From Lingula anatina (lineage: Eukaryota; Animalia; Brachiopoda): DNA of 64,000 nt. Shown here piece after piece: positions 41,701-52,764 of the stretch. Below the pieces are notes generated by a model that searched no databases, was not told the origin of the DNA, and saw only the letters and a list, made by a program, of their open reading frames with translations. The position numbers and the translations under genes are program-made. How positions within the stretch are numbered: the stretch's first letter is position 1; each line of letters begins with the position of its first letter. The DNA lies in assembly GCA_051362555.1 (NCBI GenBank), contig CM120641.1:31998401-32062400 (forward strand), read 5' to 3'.

Positions 41701-42632
41701 ATGTAACATATTTAATATTCGTCATTTGCCTCTAATCTTCGCTTAACATTATTAAAATATTACCACACATATTTATGATAAATGTATGCATATTTGTAAT
41801 AACTAAATTTTGTCATTTGCTACGGGAATGGGGGGGGGGGGGGTCTTAAAAATAAAAATTTTGGGCCGCAATTCCCACAGCAAATATGAAGGAGTACCAG
41901 TAGATAAGGCCGGTGCCATGAAACTGAGGGTCCGTGTGCCAGAAAGTCCGTCCTCCATATAGTTAGGGTTAGTTTGACCTAAGTAGGTCAAAATCTAGGG
42001 CGAGGCTCACTTGTACAAATGAATGGGAAGCGGACTCTCTGTCATGGGGGACTTTCTGGTACATATGTCACCGGTGATGGCACAGAAATGGTAAAATTCT
42101 TGGTTTTGTCTAGTTTTGCTTGCATTATACATTTATATAAAATCTTATTCTCAAAATAAATGCAATCGGCAAGTATTATGCTACAGGGATGGGAGTGAGG
42201 TGTTCTTAAGAATAAAAAAATTGGGCCTTAATTCCCTCAGCAAATATAAAATAGTGCCAGTAGATAAGGACAATAATGGCACAAGGATGGAAAAAATCTT
42301 GGTTTTGTCTAGTTTTGCTTGCTATATGCATTCATATAAAAAATTGGGCCTCAATTCCCACAGCAAAAAAAAAAAAAATAAAAATAAAAATAAAAAAAAA
42401 AAAAAGGGCCAGTAGATAAGGATAACAATGGCACAGGAATGGGAAAAAACTAGTTTTTTTCTCGTTTTACTTGTGTTATAGTCAAGAACATATACATTTA
42501 TACACAATGTACCCCTTCGTTAACATTAAGAGGTGTTGGGTTCTTAAATCTACAGTGGGATTTATTTAAGTAAGATAGTTACTTCTCTAATTTGACTCAG
42601 GAAAGTCTAGGTAACGGCTCGAGTTATTCCTG

Positions 42633-42781
42633 GGGCTCCGTAACTAAAAAGCATCGCGTATTGCGAACGGCGATATCACATAGAGGCTACAGTGTATTAC
42701 ATGGGGCGAGCATGGGCAAGTAATGGAATCGAGACGCTTGCGCTCGGTCGCAATGCGCGCTGCTTTCGAGTTACGGAGCCC
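42633..42781. mobile_element. Short Harbinger-like MITE
   Basis: gggctccgtaactaaaaagcatcgcgtattgcga / tcgcaatgcgcgctgctttcgagttacggagccc inverted arms. Confidence 0.7.
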
Positions 42782-45699
42782 GGGAGAGCAAAGTAACGCA
42801 GCACCACAGCTTTGTATCCAAAAACCAAAATTCAACTCATTACCTGGACATTGGCTAGTTTTATGGAAGAAATTGGAGTGACAGAAATAGTGACGAGATT
42901 GTAAAAGTTTAAGTGAGAGGCGAAAGAGGATAATTTCTACTAATGATTAAACGAGCATACATGCGAGTCCATTTAAATTTATTTGCAAGTCTCGCTTTTT
43001 TTTAGCGATCTGTACACGACCACTTTTTTTACAAAAAAAAAAAAAAAAAAAAAAAAAAGAAGAAAGAAAATTATAGAATATTTTTTATTCAACTATTATG
43101 TACAATTTTGAATATTTACAGTTGATTTAAAAAGGACTAATAATCAGTAATGAACTACGTAAACGCAATGAATTAATACATAGCAGTATACTATATATTA
43201 TCAAAAGTTCCAAGATTTTCCATCGTCTTCATCTAGCGTCGGAACGCACACAGTCCGATAATGCAGGTCTTGTGGTCGGAATCTGGTACCAGATGCTCTC
43301 GGGCCGTGGGGAAAACCCCGTCTAAACCCTTCGTGGGGAATGCCGGGAAAGTGCCCACGCCCGGATAATTCGGTCCTTATAACATGACGAAATCGGTTTC
43401 TATTGGCACGGCGCTGCGTATAGTTCAAGAATCGTCCCGTTTTAGACAGCATTGTGTGACGGAATAACCTTTGTGTTGACTAACTATTCTCTATATATAC
43501 TATACACGAGGTGAAGCATAAAAACTTATTAAAGTAATTCTTACAGAAAAAGGCACTGAAGCCAATAAAAAACTAACAAGAGACATAACAATTAAACAGG
43601 ATCATTTTGACTTTATCTTGGAGAATTAAAACCATAAATAAAGTTAATCATTTTACAACTGCAAGCATCTTTCAAAACTTGATTATAGTTCTCTTTATGA
43701 TAAAATGCAAACAGATTCAAGTAATAAATATGATTATAACTCGGGAATATCAACGATTTCAACTAAACTTTGATATATAATTCGACTTAAAATACCAGGT
43801 TTCTAAAATGTAACTTTGCACTGAAATCGCAACTACCTGATACAAGTACAGAATAAAGCAAGCTTGCTTCAAAATATTTCGGATCTCACATTACACTGTA
43901 TGACCGCCCATGTAAATTTCAATCTGAATTTTTTTGATCCGGAGAAAAGGTGCATATGTGATGAAGTGGATGTATTTGTCAAGTATAACACTTGAGAAAA
44001 TCTGAATATTAGTAATGTGATCTCTATCTTGAGAGATGACAGCATCTCTCAAGAAGAGCAGACTGTACAAAAAATATAATGAAATATTTTCTCACACGTA
44101 AAATATTTCATTACAGATTTTGCACAATCTATCAATGTTAAATCTCTTCATGTAAAAGCGTTTACATGAAGTCAGATTTTACAAAGATGTGAGGGTTTGT
44201 TAGTAAGGTTAGTGTGCAGGTTAAGACCTTTTCAAATGCCATACTGACAAACAACTCCACATCATCAAAAGCACAAATTTGAAAAATGACCATCCCAGAT
44301 TGAAACAAAACACAGACGACCCCAAGTGGTGGGAATGTTTTTGTGAGCAAAAAACTATCTGCATTCAGGATGTGGATAAAGCAACTATATTCAAATTTAT
44401 TAATATAATAATTATAGCAACTGTAGAGGTAGACTTTTCCTACAGAAGCACACATCTTATTCAATTGATCTTGTATGGAATGAAGAATTATCTTGAACCT
44501 CAGTTTTCTCTTCTGTTATTGAAATAAAATGGTTCACTGCATTAAGGCATAAAATACAAATGAAATTTGATGCAATATTTCACCTTGACATGTTTGTGAC
44601 CCATGAACCCCAAATATTCTCAGCATCCAAAAGACTGATACATTATTAGACTGTATTCCCACTACATTCAGTACTGTATATTGCCTTCATTACCATTCCA
44701 CATTCTTTATATTTGTTTGCAGAACAAGCCGTGTCCTTCAACACCAAAACTCGTGGGATGTCCGAGCATCCATGAAAGTGTCCACAGGGCTCCTTGCTAA
44801 CGCTGTACAGTGTTCAACATCTTGGACATTTGGTCTTGGGTCGACGTTATCTGACATCATGCAGGCGTAATTATTGGAAAACTCCCAATTCGTAGCCTAC
44901 AAATGAAATCCAACTTTTACTCAAAAGTATGAAAAGCTATATCGAAAGCTTGCAGTAACTGCAACAAAGAAAGTATATCACTGGTATTTACACACCGTTA
45001 ACATTAATGAAAAGCTTGGTTCTTAAAATGATCAGAGCGTTATTTCCAAATGTACAATGAAATATGCTTCCTTTATTGAAATATATATATTAACTTTTTA
45101 GAGTAAGTAGACAGCAGTCTTCAAAAAATAAATTATTTCAAACATTTGACAAAAAAGTAAGAAAAGATGTTGCTATATTGAATATTGTAATGTTAGCCTA
45201 CATGTTAAATTGTTGACTGTCTGTGCTACTTCTAATTCTACTGTTTGTTTACATAGGATATAGTTTTTGATCACTGTCAATAATAAGAAATGCCATAATA
45301 CACCAATAATAATACTTAAAAAATTCAGAGCCACTTTTCTTAAGTTGTTGATCCCCAATAACTTACAAAGTTATCTGTATAAAGATCCCTCAATCCTGAA
45401 GAAGTGTTTCATCTGGAGGTTTGGTAGTTGCAATCTTGATTTTTAGAATCCACCACTTTTGGTAGCCTGCAAATTTAAATAATTACTTCAAAATGTAATA
45501 AAAGTCAACCATTTGTATATGAAATGTGTTTTTAAAGTTTCAGCAGTTTGATGGGAAATAAATATAAAAAGCACTTTTGTCACAAACTTGGAAAACACAT
45601 TCAAGCGAAATATTTTGACATGCCACTGGCGACCTTCAGACTTAATGTCACAATGGGGTATTGCACAAATTAGTTTTAACGAAGGAAAAGGAACACTAA

Positions 45700-46075
45700 C
45701 AGCATTTAAACGACTCTACTCAAAGACAAGTTTAAGTAAAGCCTGAACAATCTAGATCCAGCGGGAGGAGTGTACTAATATTCCATCAAGTGTTTAATTT
45801 GTGAAGGATTTATATGGGAGAGACAAAGAGAAAGTTGAACGTTAGAGTTAAAGAACACAGGAAGGAATAAGAAAGGGTACCCGAAGAGGGAAAAATACAC
45901 TACAGCCCAAGGTAGCCTTCTGCTACAACGAACCATCACAAAAAAACATTGATTGGGAGAGTGCCAAGATTCTACAAAAAGAAAGTGACTGGAGAACAAG
46001 AGGCGTAAAGGGAGGCATATAAACCAGGAAAATGCCTAACAATCTGAACAATATAGAGAGATGGAAATAAATACT
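45700..46075 (+). mobile_element. Penelope-like GIY-YIG remnant
   Basis: Frameshifted GVY.I..C..C...YMGETKRKLNVRVKEH...IDWESAKILQKESDWRTRGVK. Confidence 0.7.
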
Positions 46076-46149
46076 CACTTCTACGGTGGCCTTTTATTAC
46101 CACAACCACAGCACTGGAGGTGGGGGTGGTAGCTGCTAGTATACAATTT

Positions 46150-46788
46150 CTGGACCAGTGACAACGTCCCGGAGTCACATTGGTGGTGGGTGTTGGGGGC
46201 GGTAGCTCCAAGTAATCTGGACCAGTAACCATGCCCTGGAGTCACATTGGTGGTGGTGGGGGCGGTAGCTCCAAGTAATCTGGACCACTGACCACGCCTC
46301 GGAGTCGCATTGTTGGTGGTGAGTGGTGGGGGCGGTAGCTCCAAGTAATCTGGACCACTGACCACGCCTCGGAGTCACATTGTTGGTGGTGGGTGGTGGG
46401 GGCGGTAGCTCCAAGTAATCTGGACCAGTGACCACGCCCCGAAGTCACATTGGTGGCGGTGGGTGGTGGGGGCCGTAGCTCCAAGTAATCTGGACCAGTG
46501 ACCACGCCCCGGAGTCACATTGGTGGCGGTGGGTGGTGGGGGCCGTAGCTCCAAGTAATCTGGACCAGTGACCACGCCCTGGAGTCACATTGGTGGTGGT
46601 GGGTGGTGGGGGCGGTAGCTCCAAGTAATCTGGACCAGTGACCACACCTCGGAGTCACATTGGTGGTGATGGGTGGTGGGGGCGGTAGCTCCAAGTGATC
46701 TGGACCAGTGACCACGCCCTGGAGTCACATTGGTGGTGGTGGGTGGTGGGGGCGGTAGCTCCAAGTGATCTGGACCATTGACAACGTC
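46150..46788. repeat. 70-bp GC-rich tandem repeat, ~9 copies
   Basis: Unit ctggaccagtgaccacgccctggagtcacattggtggtggtgggtggtgggggcggtagctccaagtaat; one copy is shortened. Confidence 0.95.
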
Positions 46789-48232
46789 CTGCAGAATATT
46801 GAGACTGTTGAGGATCTGAAAGTTGACGAATGGCATGTCAAAATATTTTGTATGAATGATAAGGTTTTTCCACATATGTGACAAATAAAAAGAGCTTTTT
46901 ACCTGTGAAAAATGAGCACTGAATTTGCTAGAGTAAATTGTAAATAGAAAACAAATGCCTGTCCCAAACATTCTTAAAACAATTGTCTAAGACCTTGCAC
47001 AAAATGCTCAGTTTGTTGGAGTTGCACTGATAAAAGATTTGTATTATCTATACAATGAATGACAATCTAGTTCATTTACCCTTATCCTGTCCCATAACTT
47101 ACCTTGAATGCTCTCTAATCACAACTACTGAAGGGCTCTTGAAACACTATGATATAGCTGACATGGCTTTCTCCATTTTAGCCTTGTTAACCTTGTTAAA
47201 ATGGACCGTCATCAGGACAGGCGCTCGCCAATGCTATCTGCCTCCACTACAAAATAAAAAATTATAAGTCAAAAGTTTCCCTCTTTACTTCTCCCACCCA
47301 AATCCAATCTACTAACCATAAATATCTTAATCCTAGGAGTGGGTCATGGGTAAAAGACATTGCCTTCTGAATGTGAGCTGTCAAATTAATGTGGCTAACG
47401 GTTTTTAGTTTTTCAAGGTATGAAAAATCACTTAAGTGTTTTGTTTTCCCCCAAAAACATGAGTGATATGTACCTTTTAAGGCTTGATAGGTTTCCACCT
47501 CTGTGAAACGCCATATGCTTCTGATGCTCCCCCATGCAGCCCCCTAACGTACAGACCATGGCAGGACAACCATGCACCAAGGATTGAATGTGACCCTCTT
47601 CTTGCACCTCTTTCAAAAAAGCGGGACTTTATCAGGAATTGCCCTAATTGAGTTCTGTAAATAGAAAGGAAAATTTGATTAGTTTTCAAAAATTGTATAT
47701 CAAAAGCAGTCTGCAGCCAGAAAAATTGTTGGAATCGGTAGATTTCCAGAATGTGTCAATTTGGTGACATGGCTGTTAGATTTTTTCTATAAGTATGAAG
47801 AAGAGCTTTTGATTTATTTTAAATGTAACTGTTACATCATGATTTGAGAAAAATGTCGAGGTCTTGTTAATACAAATATTAATGCAATCCAGTCTAGTCC
47901 TATTGAACTTTGTATTCGAACCAGTGAATCAAGATTCAGACATCTATATCTAGTTTTTAGGAAAGAAGGTGGACTGAATGGCCAGTAGGGTGAAAAGTTT
48001 ATGGCACAGACTGCTGCTGAAAAATTAATTTTAGTGTATTGTTCTCGCCTGTAACACGGGTTACCTTGCAGGTTTTTCCGCCTCAGTGAAACACCATATG
48101 CTTCAGACGCTTCTCCAATGCAGCCTCTTCAACAGACCGTGGCATGACTCACTGGCACCAAGGATTGAGGGATGTATCAGAAGTGTGCATGTGGCCCTCT
48201 TCTCCTTGCAGTTCCCATGAAACGTTGGACAG

Positions 48233-48606
48233 GACTCGCTGGACGCTTCCTAGTGCAGCCACCTCGTAGTCAGACCATGGCAGGACTCGCTGGACGCTTC
48301 CCCAGTGCAGCCACCTCGTAGACGGACCATGGCAGGACTCGCTGGACGCTTCCCCAGTGCAGCCACCTCATAGACGGACCATGGCAGGACTCGCTGGACG
48401 CTTCCCCAGTGCAGCCACCTCGTAGACGGACCATGGCAGGACTCGCTGGACGCTTCCCCAGTGCAGCCACCTCGCAGATAGACCATGGCACGACTCGCCG
48501 GACGCTTCCTTAATGCAGCCACCTCGTAGACAGGCCATGACAGGACTCACTGGACGCTTCCCCAGTGCAGCCACATCAAAGAGACAGACTATGGCAGGAC
48601 TCGCTG
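48233..48606. repeat. 52-bp tandem repeat array A, 7 copies
   Basis: Unit gcaggactcgctggacgcttccccagtgcagccacctcgtagacggaccatg; markers at 48233, 48284, 48336, 48388, 48440, 48492, 48544, 48598. Confidence 0.95.
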
Positions 48607-48776
48607 GCACCAAGGAATGGTCAAAGTAGCTTAAGTGTAGATGTGGGACGTCTCCTTGCAGTTGTGTTCTGTCAACAGAAAGAAAAATGAATTAATGACT
48701 TTTCATACTATGTCAGCACTCTGCAGTCAGGCTTACCTTTAAGTGGTTTCCATCTCATTGAAACACCATATGACAA

Positions 48777-49150
48777 GACTCGCTGGACGCTTCCCCAGTG
48801 CAGCCACCTCGTAGACAGACCATGGCAGGACTCACTGGACGCTTCCCCTGTGCCGCCACCTCGTAGACAGACCATGGCAGGACTCGCTGGACGCTTCCCC
48901 TGTGCCGCCACCTCGTAGACAGACCATGGCAGGACTCGCTGGACGCTTCCCCAGTGAAGCCACCTCGTTGACAGGCCATGGCAGGACTCGCTGGTCGCTT
49001 CCCCTGTGCAGCCACCTCGTTGACAGGCCATGGCAGGACTCGCTGGATGCTTCCCCAGTGCAGCCACCTCGTAGACAGACCATGGCAGGACTAGCTGGAC
49101 GTTTCCCCAGTGAAGCCACCTCGTAGAGAGACCATGGCAGGACTCGCTGG
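48777..49150. repeat. 52-bp tandem repeat array B, 7 copies
   Basis: Same unit; markers every 52 bp from 48777 to 49141. Flank 49151-49225 duplicates 48608-48685. Confidence 0.95.
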
Positions 49151-49211
49151 CTCCAAGGGATGGTCGAAGTAGCTTAAGTGTAGATGTGGGGTGTCTCCTT
49201 GCAGTTGTGTC

Positions 49212-50380
49212 CTGTAAACAGAAATAAAAAAGAGATTAGATATCTTTCATTTCTCAAACTCCCCTTCCAAAAAGAAAAAAGATTACATACCTTAAGGAGT
49301 GTAGTCGAAGTCCCACAGGTGGCACCCATCATCTTCTATGTCCTGTAAACAGAAATAAAAACGAGATTAGATTTCTTTCATTTCTCAAACTCCCCTTCCA
49401 AAAAGAAAAAGATTACATACCTTAAGGAGTGTAGTCGAAGTCCCACAGGTGGCGCCCATCATCTTCTATGTCCTGTAAACAGAAATAAAAACGAGATTAG
49501 ATTTCTTTCATTTCTCAAACTCCCCTTCCAAAAAGAAAAAAAAGATTACATACCTTAAGGAGTGTAGTCGAAGTCCCACAGGTGGCGCCCATCATCTTCT
49601 ATGTCCTGTAAACAAAAAATAAAAACGAGATTAGATTTCTTTCATTTCTCAAACCCCCCTTCCAAAAAGAAAAAAGATTACATACCTTAAGGAGTGTAGT
49701 CGAAGTCCCACAGGTGGCGCCCATCATCTTCTATGTCCTGTAAACAGAAATAAAAACGAGATTAGATTTCTTTCACTTCTCAAACTCCCCTTTCAAAAAG
49801 AAAAAAAGATTACATACCTTAAGGAGTGTAGTCGAAGTCCCACAGGTGGCGCCCATCATCTTCTATGTCCTGTAAACAGAAATAAAAACGAGATTAGATT
49901 TCTTTCACTTCTCAAACTCCCCTTTCAAAAAGAAAAAAAGATTACATACCTTAAGGAGTGTAGTCGAAGTCCCACAGGTGGCGCCCATCATCTTCTATGT
50001 CCTGTAAACAGAAATAAAAACGAGATTAGATTTCTTTCACTTCTCAAACTTCCCTTCCAAAAAGAAAAAAAGATTACATACCTTAAGGAGTGTAGTCGAA
50101 GTCCCACAGGTGGCGCCCATCATCTTCTATGTCCTGTAAACAGAAATAAAAACGAGATTAGATTTCTTTCATTTCTCAAACTCCCCTTCCAAAAAGAAAA
50201 AAGATTACATACCTTAAGGAGTGTAGTCGAAGTCCCACAGGTGGCGCCCATCATCTTCTATGTCCTGTAAACAGAAATAAAAACGAGATATTTCTTTCAT
50301 TTCTCAAACCCCCCTTCCAAAAAGAAAAAAAGATTACATACCTTAAGGAGTGTAGTCGAAGTCCCACAGGTGGCGCCCAC
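49212..50380. repeat. ~131-bp tandem repeat, 9 copies (exon+intron cassette on the minus strand)
   Basis: cttaaggagtgtagtcgaagtcccacaggtggc starts at 49291, 49421, 49554, 49686, 49818, 49950, 50082, 50213 and 50342. Confidence 0.95.
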
Positions 50381-50736
50381 CAGTTTGCAGTCTGCTTCCT
50401 GGACCTGTAATAAAAAGAAACCTGGAAAGCATGGGAATATGCAATGACACTACGACTCCAGCCCACGACAGCAAAAAGGTGAAGTATCCTGCGAAGATGA
50501 CCGAGCGACGATTCCTCCTGGGGAGAAGCGAAGATTTTAGCTGGCCAGCTAAGAGAAACGCCGAATCCACCGTCTAGACGTCTACGTGTGCAGGGAACAA
50601 TATGTCGAAGAGCGATGCGTTGACGTAGGATGAGTAGAAGATTCGGAGAAATGGGAGTCGACTCCCGTGTCCTTTGTGCTTGATACAGGGCGCAGCACAT
50701 GGCATCCGTCCTGTTGCTCTAGGTCTGTCCGCTGTT

Positions 50737-50818
50737 GAGTGAACGCACTTTTAAAATTTTGCGCTTTTATACCTTTGTTGACGTATAGTCACATGATGGT
50801 GTTCTTGTTGTCACCAAT
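50737..50818 (-). promoter_or_regulatory. TATA/Inr core promoter
   Basis: Minus strand: TATAAAAG begins 31 nt upstream of the A in TTCACTC; a CCAAT element lies at 50814-50818. Confidence 0.6.
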
Positions 50819-51983
50819 GGTCAACTTGTTCAAAGGGGATGGCCTTTGATAGTGATGCGCAAAGTTGGTAATAATATCTTATCAACATATACATTTTCTT
50901 TTATATTTTGATTATTCTGCCTGTCAGTTTGTTTATAATAGGAGTAATAAGTTCTAAGCAATGTCTGCGAAATGTGCAGGCAAATTTGATGAAAATTTCT
51001 GAGCAACATACCTTCTCCCTAAAATTTTTATAGGTACGATGTCCGTTAAGCTGGTAGCTGTGAACTTCTCGCAGGCTACTTTAGTGTGCGTGTATTTGAA
51101 CACTGATCCAAAATGTGAATAATGTAATTTGGCGTAGGGTGACTGCATTTTTGAGGCAGCCTGAGGGAGTATGGTTGTTCTGATTGTAGTGAATTGTAGA
51201 GAGACAATTGGAAGTACACTGGACTTAGCATGTTCAGTCACCCAAGTACTCTGAAACACATTTTGTAATCAGCTGACTTGTTATTCTGAAAAATGAAAAA
51301 ACAAATTATATTGATTTACAAAACTGGAAGACAGAAGCAGTGGATCATATTACTAATGCCAGGCAGAAGAAACGACTGAATGTAAATTTTTATATTCAAA
51401 ACGTCTACTGATTTAAAATATTTAAAATATTTAAACTTCCCATACTTTGAGGCATGCATGAGTCGGAAAATGTTTGCATAATTACATAAAAAACTAGAAT
51501 TATCTCTTTATGTGACCACAGTTTACTCATGTGCCTTACATCATTCCCTTAAACCCTTTCCCAATATCGATTTCAGATATTTTTGACACATTTTGTCTTC
51601 ATCTGAATCACGTGAACGTTATCAAGTGTCATAAGGCGTACATTACGAAAATATTTAGGTCTTGGAACGTGATTTGATGACTTTTTTAAATGCATATATA
51701 TACAATTATAAATTTATAATTAAGTTATTTAATATCAAATTATAAGTTCTGACCGAGTTTTAAAATTTATTTTAGGAGGGGTAAAAAAACCCAACCCCAT
51801 CTAATATATATTGGATACATCCGTAGGCTTATGTCCTTAGAACTAGGCGTTCAAAATGTGTCTTCTAGCTAAAGTTATTATTATGGTGTATGTGTAATTA
51901 AAAAAAACTACGTAAGAGTGACAATAGGTCATGTGTTTCGAATGCACCCCCACTCTCCGATCAGACATTACTTTTGTATAATT

Positions 51984-52764
51984 GGGGTCCGCCATATAGA
52001 TAAACGTCCCAATAAAATATTCGCCCCGATAGATACGTCTCTATACATACACGTCTCAATAGATTTACGTCTCGTTAAATTTACGTTCCGATAGATCCAC
52101 CAACAGATTCCTATAAACCCACGTATCTTTAGATCCAGGTACCGCTAGATCTATCTATCTGACATCGTAATCGGCTAAAAGGCCCATATCAACTTGCGTT
52201 GTGAAATTTAGAACACATTTTTATGTTCTTTTTTGTTTTGTTTTGTTAAGAACACATTTACATGTAAATTCAGAACACTTTTTACGTGTTCGAATGTTGC
52301 ATTTTGAGAACGCTTTAAACAGTGTTCTGACGCTAGAACAGTAATTAAGCGTTGTGAAATATAGAACACACTTTTGTTCTTTTTATGTTCTTTCACTGAG
52401 TATTGTGTGAAAACGATCTAGTAGAATAATATATTGCTGACTGCATACTGCCGTTTTAAAGAAGTGCATTTTATGTACTGAGTAGTATACCAACCATTTC
52501 GAGCAATAGTGTACCTGTAATGGATCTATCGGTATTTGGATCTAAAAATACGTGGATCTATAGGTATGCGGATTTAAAGGACGTGGGTTTATGAGGACGT
52601 CATATCTATAGGAACGCAAATATATAGGACAGCAGAAAAAAATCGGATCTATCGGTATTTAAATCTAAAAAGATGTTTTTTCCGTTTTTCCTTTATGTAT
52701 CTATCGGTAACGGGAGTATAGGGACGTGTAATATTTTGGGACTAAATTTTATCCGTACGTACCC
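51984..52764. mobile_element. Foldback-type (MULE/FB-like) element
   Basis: Inverted modular arms (atagat..acgtc / gacgt..atctat); 8-bp duplication gtataatt at 51976-51983 and 52765-52772. Confidence 0.75.

Larger units (their letters stand above)
44700..50771 (-). other. Putative unannotated multi-exon transcription unit (lncRNA or decayed/orphan gene)
   Basis: TATAAAAG 50764-50771 and Inr TCACTC (+1 at ~50740). GT-AG bounded exons ending 50342, eight 52-nt exons from 50264 to 49291, then 48737-49211, 48065-48668, 47474-47654, 47103-47246, 46079-46788, 45367-45466, and a last exon from 44896. No long recognisable ORF; 3' end uncertain. Confidence 0.55.

Noticed and set aside
43705-44527. 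Possible decayed intronless plus-strand ORF downstream of the NF-kB-like cluster
   Set aside because: Roughly one stop per 20 codons is close to chance for AT-rich DNA, and no motif is recognisable.
49212-50380. CRISPR-like appearance of regular repeats
   Set aside because: The whole unit is repeated with no unique spacers, the context is eukaryotic, and no cas genes are present.
49449-50380. TGGCGCCC resembling a tRNA-Lys primer-binding site
   Set aside because: The match stops after 8-9 nt, and there is no LTR pair or gag/pol.
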